The notes beneath the pieces were generated by a model, which saw only the letters and a list, made by a program, of their open reading frames with translations, searched no databases and was not told the origin of the DNA. A program made the translations under genes and the position numbers. From a virus (Duplodnaviria; Caudoviricetes): a stretch of 64,000 nucleotides of DNA. This document shows, in pieces, positions 56,695-64,000 of this stretch. Numbering within the stretch: the first letter of the stretch is position 1; every line of letters starts with the position of its first letter. The stretch lies in IMG/VR virus record IMGVR_UViG_3300046733_000629. One strand, written 5' to 3'.

Positions 56695-57002
56695 TGAAAA
56701 AAGTATTAATGGTTGATCCACCAAGTGGATGGAAATACGGATTTCCAAAACCTTTACCGGAGAGAGCTACAATACATTATGGTGGAACTGATTATGGAGT
56801 ATCCAAGGGCTTTAATGTAATTGAATGGTTGCTTAATAATGGTTATCCACAGTCAGAAATTAATTTACATGGTGAAGTTTTTCCATGTAAGTATTTTACA
56901 CAATCATTAGACCTTGTTGACGAAACATTACTAGGTGAAGATATGAACGAACAAGTAGGTAAATTAATCTACTCAGGCAGACTATTCAGCAAAGGAGAAT
57001 AA
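56679..57002 (+). CDS. Hypothetical protein
   Basis: DPPSGWKYGFPK motif. Confidence 0.65.
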   Translation: MGEQVMKKVLMVDPPSGWKYGFPKPLPERATIHYGGTDYGVSKGFNVIEWLLNNGYPQSEINLHGEVFPCKYFTQSLDLVDETLLGEDMNEQVGKLIYSGRLFSKGE

Positions 57003-57003
57003 A

Positions 57004-57453
57004 ATGAAAGTCTACGTTGGACCTTATCCAAGTCATTCTAAATGGCATAACATAATTGGTTATCAGCCAGAACAAAAGATATCAGTAAAAATTGATAGTT
57101 GGGATACATGGAGCATGGATGAAACACTTGCTCATATTGTATTACCTATGCTAGAACAATTAAAAGAAAAAACACATGGTTATCCAAACGGCTTAACTGA
57201 AAAGAAGTGGGATGCAATATTAGATGAAATGATTTTTGCATTTAGATCAAAAACATTTGATTGGCAAGATGAATTTATATCCGGTGAATGGGATGTTTAT
57301 CTTAAAGAAGTAACTGGTAGTGATAATATGGAAATGAATTATGGAGACAAACATACATACAAAATAGATAAAGAAAGTATGGACAAAGTTCAGAAACGTA
57401 TTACCAAAGGATTTAAATTGTTTGGGCAATATTATGAAAATTTATGGGATTAA
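57004..57453 (+). CDS. Conserved hypothetical phage protein
   Basis: DTWSMDETLAHIVLPML...W..ILDEMIFAF...GFKLFGQYYENLWD. Confidence 0.7.
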   Translation: MKVYVGPYPSHSKWHNIIGYQPEQKISVKIDSWDTWSMDETLAHIVLPMLEQLKEKTHGYPNGLTEKKWDAILDEMIFAFRSKTFDWQDEFISGEWDVYLKEVTGSDNMEMNYGDKHTYKIDKESMDKVQKRITKGFKLFGQYYENLWD

Positions 57454-57457
57454 TTAA

Positions 57458-57667
57458 ATGAAGTATAAACAAACTGGTACTAACAGTTGGACTGTTGAAG
57501 TACAAGAAAATGGCAAAACAAAAGAATTGTTTATTGAGTTCCCACAAGATTGTATTGATCAAGTTGGATGGGCGGAAGGCGACGACTTAGAATGGATGCC
57601 TAATGAAGATGGTATTTCTTGGACTATAAGAAAGAAAAAAGATGAAACTGATCGAAAAAGAACCTAA
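57458..57667 (+). CDS. AbrB/MazE-like small DNA-binding protein
   Basis: LFIEFP...VGWAEGDDLEW. Confidence 0.6.
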   Translation: MKYKQTGTNSWTVEVQENGKTKELFIEFPQDCIDQVGWAEGDDLEWMPNEDGISWTIRKKKDETDRKRT

Positions 57668-57794
57668 ACGTTATTATGATTGGATGCTATGGAAAATGCG
57701 ACAAGTAGATAACGAAGAAAGTATGAGTAAGAAGATAGGACTAGATATTGATAAGAAACTAGCTGAAACAAATAAGGTAAAAGTAGAAAACTAA
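57642..57794 (+). CDS. 50-aa hypothetical protein, missed by the track
   Basis: MKLIEKEPKRYYDWMLWKMRQ...; fills the gap. Confidence 0.45.
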   Translation: MKLIEKEPKRYYDWMLWKMRQVDNEESMSKKIGLDIDKKLAETNKVKVEN

Positions 57795-57802
57795 ATACAT
57801 AC

Positions 57803-58480
57803 ATGTTGCCAACTAACTCTCTTGAAATTGAACTTACTACAAAATGTACACTAGGTTGTCCATCATGTCCACGTAATAATCCATATGATAGCCGTAAGCT
57901 ATGGGATGTAGGACACATTGACACTGACCTTGTTCTAAGATTAGCAGATGAAGTAGAACAAGATAATACTAGAGTATTGTTTGTAGGTTGTTACGGAGAT
58001 CCAATATATCATCCAGACTTTATAAATATTATGAAGGTGTATGCAGAAAAGAAAATAAGTGTATTAGTGCATACCAATGCATCATTTAAAACTGATAAAT
58101 GGTGGAAAGAACTTGTTTGGACAATACCGTGGAATAATAAAATTGAATTCGAGTTTAGTGTAGATGGCTTAGAAGATACAAATCATTTATATAGAATAAA
58201 CTCAAAGTGGAAAAGTATCCAAACTGGAATGCAAGAGCTTTCTAAATATATTAAACAACAAAATGATCCTGCTAAAATACCACAAGTAAGTTGGAAGTTC
58301 TTAGTATTTCCATACAACGAACATCAAGTTAACGAAGCACAAGAACTATGTAATGACTATGGTTTTAAATTTTATGCGGCAAAGAGCGAAAGAACAATAG
58401 CAAGTTATAGAGTAGAAAACAATTACATATATGATTGGAAAGGTAAAGGAGATTTATCGTGGAAAATAAAAGAGAACTAA
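57803..58480 (+). CDS. Radical SAM protein lacking its SPASM domain
   Basis: IELTTKCTLGCPSCPR, GCYGDPIYHP, FSVDGL; paralogue of 23165..23830. Confidence 0.87.
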   Translation: MLPTNSLEIELTTKCTLGCPSCPRNNPYDSRKLWDVGHIDTDLVLRLADEVEQDNTRVLFVGCYGDPIYHPDFINIMKVYAEKKISVLVHTNASFKTDKWWKELVWTIPWNNKIEFEFSVDGLEDTNHLYRINSKWKSIQTGMQELSKYIKQQNDPAKIPQVSWKFLVFPYNEHQVNEAQELCNDYGFKFYAAKSERTIASYRVENNYIYDWKGKGDLSWKIKEN

Positions 58481-58809
58481 AACCTAGATGTACACTGTAC
58501 AAAAATCCTATGTTCTTATCTGCTGATAAAAAACTAAAACCTTGTTGCTTTCTAAATCCACATGCTGAATGGAAAATATTTAAAGAGTGGGGAGAAGAAA
58601 GAGGACTTGACATTTCAGAAGATTTGGATATAATGAAATATAGTAGAAAAGAAATATTTGAAAGTGCAACCTGGAAAGGGTTGTTAGAAAGTTTTAAGAC
58701 AGATGATGCTCCATATACATGCTATAAAGAATGTGGACATGATTCTTATACAAGTGATACAATGACAGCAAAGCATTCAAAATACAAACAAGATAACAAT
58801 AAGGAATAA
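58459..58809 (+). CDS. Stand-alone SPASM/Twitch-like domain protein
   Basis: PRC...FLSADKKLKPCCF...TCYKECG; GTG start with AAGGAG SD. Confidence 0.72.
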   Translation: MENKRELKPRCTLYKNPMFLSADKKLKPCCFLNPHAEWKIFKEWGEERGLDISEDLDIMKYSRKEIFESATWKGLLESFKTDDAPYTCYKECGHDSYTSDTMTAKHSKYKQDNNKE

Positions 58810-58811
58810 AA

Positions 58812-60194
58812 ATGACAAAAGCAATAGTCGTGCTTGCAGACTCAAAACAAGCAAAGAAACTTGGTGCACCAGTTAAACGTGCATCAGCAAACTTAGAAAA
58901 AAGTGTAGACATATCGTTTGCACATGAAGAATATGATTACATTACTGTAATTGAAACTAAACCTAAAACAGCAAACGATGCTCGTGAACTAGGTGGAGAT
59001 ATGTTTAGCAAGTATAAAAAAATAGCTACTACATTAGAACTTGATGATGCATTAGGTTTTAGTAATGACATTCTCGAAGGAATTGACTTAGCAGGATACA
59101 CATTTAATAAGTACAAAACAGATTCAAAAGATATTAAATTAGATTCTGTAACTATTAATAGCAAAAGCATTGATGAAGTTAAACAAAGTATTTCAGGTAG
59201 TATCAATTTTGCACGTGACTTAGTATCAGAACCAGGTAACGTATTATATCCACAAACATATGCGGCACGTATTCAACGTAACTTATCACCAACTGGTATA
59301 ACAGTAAAACTATATCATGAATCACAACTAAAAGAAATGGGACTTAACTTATTATTAAGTGTAGGACAAGGTAGTGAGAAAGATAGTTATGTAGTTGTTA
59401 TGGAACACATGAACGGCAAAGAAGGCGAACAGCCAATTGCATTAGTAGGTAAAGGTGTTACATTTGATACAGGTGGTATTAGTTTGAAACCAGGACGCAA
59501 CATGGGCGATATGAAATACGACATGGGCGGTAGTGCCGCAGTAGTAGGTGCTATGCATGCAATTGGTACACAAAAGATTAAACGTAACGTAGTAGGTATT
59601 GTAGGCTTAGTAGAGAACATGCCAGACGGTAAAGCAATTAAGCCAGGTGATGTAGTTACTTCACTTAGTGGACAGACTGTAGAAAATTTAAATACAGATG
59701 CAGAAGGTAGACTTGTACTTGCAGATATATTAACATATGTACAAAAAGAATATAACCCATATGTGATAGTTGATCTAGCAACACTAACAGGTGCAATTGT
59801 AGCGGCTCTTGGTCATGAAATGGCAGGACTATTTACTAACTCAAGTGATTTAGAATTTGCAATTGATGATGCAGGTAAAGTATCTGGAGAAGGATTCTAT
59901 CGTATGCCAATGGGTTCTAACTATGCAAAAATGATTAAATCTCCAATTGCAGATATGCAAAACATTGGCGGACCATATGCAGGATCAACAACAGCCGCAG
60001 AGTTTTTATACAAATTTGTAGATAACAAAACAGCATGGGCTCACTTAGATATTGCAGGTATGGCTTGGGAAGAAAAAGGTAAACCAGTTACTCCTAAAGG
60101 TGCGGCAGGATTTGGTGTACGTACATTATTTAATCTTGTTAACAGTGTACCTAATAAACAATCGCTTGAAATTGATAAGGATATGGATTACTAA
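58812..60194 (+). CDS. pepA: Leucyl aminopeptidase (M17)
   Basis: VGKGVTFDTGG, MKYDMGG, NTDAEGRLVLAD, WAHLDIAG. Confidence 0.93.
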   Translation: MTKAIVVLADSKQAKKLGAPVKRASANLEKSVDISFAHEEYDYITVIETKPKTANDARELGGDMFSKYKKIATTLELDDALGFSNDILEGIDLAGYTFNKYKTDSKDIKLDSVTINSKSIDEVKQSISGSINFARDLVSEPGNVLYPQTYAARIQRNLSPTGITVKLYHESQLKEMGLNLLLSVGQGSEKDSYVVVMEHMNGKEGEQPIALVGKGVTFDTGGISLKPGRNMGDMKYDMGGSAAVVGAMHAIGTQKIKRNVVGIVGLVENMPDGKAIKPGDVVTSLSGQTVENLNTDAEGRLVLADILTYVQKEYNPYVIVDLATLTGAIVAALGHEMAGLFTNSSDLEFAIDDAGKVSGEGFYRMPMGSNYAKMIKSPIADMQNIGGPYAGSTTAAEFLYKFVDNKTAWAHLDIAGMAWEEKGKPVTPKGAAGFGVRTLFNLVNSVPNKQSLEIDKDMDY

Positions 60195-60955
60195 TGGCAA
60201 ACACAATAGCAGTATTTGGTTGTGGCTTCGTTGGTGGAACTGTAGCAAATTACTTAGAAGAACATGGAACTAAGGTTATAAGAGTAGATCCAAAACTATA
60301 TCCATTTCAAGATCCATATGATGCAGTTTTTGATTCAGATGGTATAGTAATTGCAGTACCAACTCCAAGTAAAGATGATGGTACATGTGATGATAGTATG
60401 ATTACAAAAGTATTATCTTACTGTGATGCTCGTTCAAAGGTATTGATTAAAAGCACAGTAACACCAGACTTGCTACAGAATTATGATGTAAATGTAGTAT
60501 ACAACCCTGAGTTCTTAAGAGAAGCACATGCAAAAGAAGACTTTGAAAATCAACATACATTTGTATTAGGACATCATAAGCATAATGAACCAGATGCAAA
60601 ATGGTGGGCAGAAGTATTTCAAATTGATGCATCAAAGTGTATATTTACAAATAGACGTACTGCAAGCATGATCAAATACACACATAATTCGTGGTTAGCA
60701 ACAAAAGTTGCATGGTTTCATGAGCTATATGATAATCTACCACCAGAAGTTGACTATGACGCTATTACTAGTGCCTTGGGTAGATTTCCTACAGTAGGAT
60801 CGACACATATGCAAGCGCCAAACTCAGAGGGCGGCCTAGGATATAGTGGTGCTTGTTTTCCTAAAGATGTAAAAGCCTTGACAAATGTCGTAAATCATAG
60901 TATACTTAGTAAAGTTAAAGAAACAAATAATAAACTAAACTCTAAAGGAGAATAA
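60194..60955 (+). CDS. ugd: UDP-glucose/GDP-mannose dehydrogenase family protein lacking the C-terminal domain
   Basis: GCGFVG, AVPTP, KSTV, NPEFLRE, GYSGACFPKD. Confidence 0.8.
   Translation: MANTIAVFGCGFVGGTVANYLEEHGTKVIRVDPKLYPFQDPYDAVFDSDGIVIAVPTPSKDDGTCDDSMITKVLSYCDARSKVLIKSTVTPDLLQNYDVNVVYNPEFLREAHAKEDFENQHTFVLGHHKHNEPDAKWWAEVFQIDASKCIFTNRRTASMIKYTHNSWLATKVAWFHELYDNLPPEVDYDAITSALGRFPTVGSTHMQAPNSEGGLGYSGACFPKDVKALTNVVNHSILSKVKETNNKLNSKGE
60878..60906 (+). promoter_or_regulatory. Internal sigma70 promoter
   Basis: TTGACA-17 nt-TATACT. Confidence 0.65.
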
Positions 60956-61453
60956 ATGATGAATGTAAAAGAACTATTAATTATTGCGTTAGGTTGTTTA
61001 ATATTTTTAGTAGCTACAAGTCCGGTAAGAGCAGACGAAGTAGAAAAACAAAAAGTAGATGGATATGTAAAACACTACTACAAAACTGTTCAAGTGCAAA
61101 ATAGGCAGAATAACAGAGTATGTAGAGATGTTGATGTTCCAATTTACGGTAACAGTAATCAAGGTTTATCAGGAGAACAAGTTATAGGTGCTATTATTGG
61201 TGGCGTAATTGGTTCTAAAATTGGTAAAGGTGATGGGAATAAGATTGCAACAGGCGTTGGTGCAGTAATTGGTTCTCAAGTAGGTAAAAACAAAACACAA
61301 CAAAACATTGTTGGATACAAAAGAACAACAGTGTGTGAAGACAATCCTACTTATACAACAGAATATAAAAGAGTATACAGTCACAGTGTTGTTAGGTTTA
61401 CTGACAATGAAAACAGAGTATATGATATTAAATTCCAGAAGTATCAAAACTAG
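60956..61453 (+). CDS. Exported glycine-zipper 2TM protein
   Basis: Signal peptide; GAIIGGVIGSKIGKG...ATGVGAVIGSQVG. Confidence 0.8.
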   Translation: MMNVKELLIIALGCLIFLVATSPVRADEVEKQKVDGYVKHYYKTVQVQNRQNNRVCRDVDVPIYGNSNQGLSGEQVIGAIIGGVIGSKIGKGDGNKIATGVGAVIGSQVGKNKTQQNIVGYKRTTVCEDNPTYTTEYKRVYSHSVVRFTDNENRVYDIKFQKYQN

Positions 61454-61468
61454 TAACAGGAGAAAACA

Positions 61469-62365
61469 TTGGATAAGCTAAGGTATAGTGAAGCTTTCTA
61501 TTCGGTACAAGGTGAAGGTAAATTTGTAGGAGTGCCTAGTGTATTCCTACGTACATTTGGTTGTAACTTTCGTTGCATGAACTTTGGAGTAGATACAAAG
61601 AAAGATCGTTGGGAACAACATGCAGAAGGTAACAGGTATAATGCAGAAGTAAAAGGTTTGCTTGATGCAGGTGTACATAAACAAGAAATTGAATTTGAAC
61701 AGTTACCTATTGTACATACAGGTTGTGATACTTATGCAAGTATCTATCCTGAATTTAAACATTTTAATAAACAAGCTACAATTGATGAAGTTGTAGAACA
61801 TCTTCTATCGTTAACACCTAATGGTAAGTGGGTACAAGACAATGGGCAAGATGTACATCTTATTTTAACAGGCGGCGAACCATTGCTTGCTTGGCAAAGA
61901 TTATATATTGATCTTTTTAACCACCCACGTATGAAGGATTTAAAAAATGTTACATTTGAAACAAACACTACACAAAAATTACATGCAGATTTTGCAGAGT
62001 ATCTCAACAATCAAGACAGAATCAAAGTCACTTGGAGTTGTTCCCCAAAACTTAGTGTTAGCGGAGAACGTTGGGAAGATGCTATTAAACCTAGTGTGGC
62101 TAATGAATATATTAGTGTTAACGATAGTGACATGTATCTTAAGTTTGTTGTCGCTAGTGAAGATGATTTTAACGAAGTCAAAAAAGCTGTTAGTGCTTAT
62201 CAGAGTTCCGGGGTACAATGTCCAGTATATCTTATGCCGCTTGGCGGACGTAGTGAAGAATACTCCCTTAACGTTAAAGACGTGGCTGAAGCGTGTATGG
62301 CAGAAGGTTGGAGGTTCACACCAAGACTCCACATCAGTCTCTTCGGAAACGCCTGGGGAACATAA
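61469..62365 (+). CDS. queE: 7-carboxy-7-deazaguanine synthase (radical SAM)
   Basis: FYSVQGEG, FLRTFGCNFRC...GCDT, LTGGEP, FETN, SPKL, RLHISLFGN. Confidence 0.92.
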   Translation: MDKLRYSEAFYSVQGEGKFVGVPSVFLRTFGCNFRCMNFGVDTKKDRWEQHAEGNRYNAEVKGLLDAGVHKQEIEFEQLPIVHTGCDTYASIYPEFKHFNKQATIDEVVEHLLSLTPNGKWVQDNGQDVHLILTGGEPLLAWQRLYIDLFNHPRMKDLKNVTFETNTTQKLHADFAEYLNNQDRIKVTWSCSPKLSVSGERWEDAIKPSVANEYISVNDSDMYLKFVVASEDDFNEVKKAVSAYQSSGVQCPVYLMPLGGRSEEYSLNVKDVAEACMAEGWRFTPRLHISLFGNAWGT

Positions 62366-62402
62366 ACTTAATGAAGGCTTAGAGTTTGACACAGGTGAAG
62401 AT

Positions 62403-62513
62403 ATGCTTCTAAGTTTACGAGACAAGTATATAGAAAAAAATAAAGAGTATAACAAAAAAGTCAATAAGAATAAAGAAGTTGACGAAGATGCAATTAGAAA
62501 AGCAGGATGGTAA
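62403..62513 (+). CDS. 36-aa basic peptide
   Basis: MLLSLRDKY...DAIRKAGW; weak SD. Confidence 0.4.
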   Translation: MLLSLRDKYIEKNKEYNKKVNKNKEVDEDAIRKAGW

Positions 62514-62516
62514 ATT

Positions 62517-62720
62517 ATGCAAGATCCAAAAATTAAAAAACTAGTAACTACATTTGAATCTGATTTAGATAAAATTAATAAATCATGGAATGCATTGCAA
62601 AAGTCAGGTGTGTATGTACGTATGGAAATACGAGGCAATCATACATACGATGATCCAAAATGGCTTGAAGCAAATCAAATTACAGAAGAAGTGAGTTACA
62701 AGAAAAGTATTAAAGAATGA
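62517..62720 (+). CDS. Small hypothetical protein
   Basis: ATGA overlap with sufE. Confidence 0.6.
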   Translation: MQDPKIKKLVTTFESDLDKINKSWNALQKSGVYVRMEIRGNHTYDDPKWLEANQITEEVSYKKSIKE

Positions 62721-63109
62721 AAATAAACAAATGGTCAGAAGATCTAGGTTTATTAGAAGGTCAAGAAAGACTAATGTATCTGGTTGACTTGGCAAGAAAT
62801 GCAACAACATTACCTAAAGAACTACGTACAGACGACAGACTAATAGGCGGGTGTATGAGTAAGATATGGGTAGATGTTGGCGTAAAAGAAAATATAGTGC
62901 ATGTATATTATGATAGTGACGCTATGATTACAAAAGGAATTACAAGCATAGTTTGTGATTGCTTTTCAGACATGCCAGTTGAAGATGCAAAAAAGATAAA
63001 GTCCGAGGACTTCGAAGGATTAGGTATACAGCAGTTACTGACTCCTCAAAGGCGAAATGGCCTAGGAAGTTTAATTGGAACAATTATAGATAAGGTAAGC
63101 AGAATATGA
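62717..63109 (+). CDS. sufE: SufE-family sulfur acceptor
   Basis: IGGCMSKIW, DSDAMITKG, LLTPQRRNGL. Confidence 0.88.
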   Translation: MKINKWSEDLGLLEGQERLMYLVDLARNATTLPKELRTDDRLIGGCMSKIWVDVGVKENIVHVYYDSDAMITKGITSIVCDCFSDMPVEDAKKIKSEDFEGLGIQQLLTPQRRNGLGSLIGTIIDKVSRI

Positions 63110-64000
63110 AGCAAGGCAATTATATTTTTACAAGCGAAAGTGTAAGTAGAGGGCACCCAGATAAGGTGTCAGATCAAATTAGTGATGCACTAGTTGATGC
63201 AGGACTAAAAAACGGCGACGAGACAACTCGTGTAGCAGTTGAAACACTTGTAACCACTAACCATGTAACGGTAGCGGGTGAGGTAAAAAACTTTAACGTA
63301 AGCAATGATGAGGTAAAACAAATCATTCGTGATAAAGTTAAAGAGATTGGATATGAACAAGATGGATTCCATTGGGATAATTTAAACATCTATAACGAAA
63401 TTCATTCCCAATCAGGAGATATTGGATTAGGAACAGACAACTTTGGTGCAGGTGACCAAGGTATTATGTTTGGTTATGCATGCACAGATAACGATGCAAT
63501 GCTACCAGCACCTATTCATTACTCACATGAAATTCTAAAACGTTTAGATGCAATGAGAGCAGAAGGATATGAATTTTTATTACCAGATGCTAAGTCACAA
63601 GTAAGTGTTCAATACGATGGCGGTAAGGTAAAACGTATTGATCAAATTGTTGTGTCACATCAACACAAAGAAGGATTTCAACATAGCATTAAGGCACCTA
63701 TTAAAGATGCCGCAGAAGAAGTATTAGGAGATTTAATTGATAAAGAAACTGTATGGCATATCAATCCTACTGGTAATTTTGTTATTGGTGGACCCGATGG
63801 AGACACAGGTCTCACAGGCAGAAAGATTATTGTTGATACTTATGGTGGTTTTGCTCCCCATGGCGGCGGCGCATTTAGTGGAAAAGATCCTACCAAAGTA
63901 GACCGTTCAGCGGCATATATGGCACGTTGGTTAGCAAAGAATGTAGTAGCAGATAACATGGCTGATTGGTGTAGTATTCAACTTAGCTATGCAATTGGTG
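63106..64000 (+). CDS. metK: S-adenosylmethionine synthetase (partial; not in the ORF track)
   Basis: Translated by hand: FTSESVSRGHPDKVSDQISDA, GAGDQG, DAKSQV, GGPDGDTGLTGRKIIVDTYGG, GKDPTKVDRS. Confidence 0.97.
   Translation, partial: MKQGNYIFTSESVSRGHPDKVSDQISDALVDAGLKNGDETTRVAVETLVTTNHVTVAGEVKNFNVSNDEVKQIIRDKVKEIGYEQDGFHWDNLNIYNEIHSQSGDIGLGTDNFGAGDQGIMFGYACTDNDAMLPAPIHYSHEILKRLDAMRAEGYEFLLPDAKSQVSVQYDGGKVKRIDQIVVSHQHKEGFQHSIKAPIKDAAEEVLGDLIDKETVWHINPTGNFVIGGPDGDTGLTGRKIIVDTYGGFAPHGGGAFSGKDPTKVDRSAAYMARWLAKNVVADNMADWCSIQLSYAIG

Noticed and set aside
58607-58634. TTGACA-16-TATAAT inside the SPASM gene
   Set aside because: Sub-optimal spacing and about 180 nt from pepA; may be chance in AT-rich coding DNA.
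61947-62638. Long overlapping ORFs 61947..62513 (+) and 61979..62638 (-) over queE; possible frameshift extension
   Set aside because: QueE ends at its normal C-terminus (GNAWGT). No slippery site was seen; only the last 36 codons of the + ORF look like a real small gene, and the - ORF is an antisense shadow.
156-63389. Many 60-150 aa track ORFs antisense or out of frame to long genes
   Set aside because: No SD, atypical composition, and wholly nested in motif-bearing genes; expected shadows in a genome with biased codon use.
1-64000. Stop-codon reassignment or selenocysteine, as in some jumbo phages
   Set aside because: Recognisable proteins are full length under code 11; TAG and TGA terminate genes at natural ends (e.g. 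45862, 63109) and no conserved gene is interrupted.

Overview
A 64-kb AT-rich segment of a large T4-like/jumbo myophage genome, probably aquatic with a Gram-negative host (family and host are my inference, not a database result). No rRNA, tRNA, CRISPR or transposase was seen, and the genetic code is standard. Layout: (1) 1-7.4 kb baseplate/tail-fibre genes; (2) 7.5-17.6 kb glycosyltransferase-like, radical SAM, hydrolase-like and 2OG-Fe(II) oxygenase genes with small proteins; (3) 17.65-21.1 kb a gene-poor strand-switch region bracketed by a ~60-bp imperfect inverted element and full of palindromes and sigma70 promoters; (4) 21-44 kb accessory genes (carbamoyltransferase, methyltransferases, TctA/TctC transporter, a 4-gene envelope operon with a Cys/Tyr-repeat protein, more radical SAM enzymes); (5) 44-52.5 kb exonuclease, sliding clamp and a 7-deazaguanine DNA-modification operon (DpdA/TGT-like, QueD-like, FolE) interleaved with a GT-B glycosyltransferase, GalE and a phosphoribosyltransferase; (6) 53-64 kb subtilase, thymidine kinase, leucyl aminopeptidase, UDP-sugar dehydrogenase, QueE, SufE and MetK (runs off the right edge). 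Best leads: a possible glycosylated 7-deazaguanine DNA modification, the inverted-repeat-bounded 3.4-kb region, marked GCWGC avoidance in Ala-Ala codon pairs, eight radical SAM enzymes with phage-supplied SAM/sulfur helpers, and apparently leaderless late mRNAs for the tailoring enzymes.
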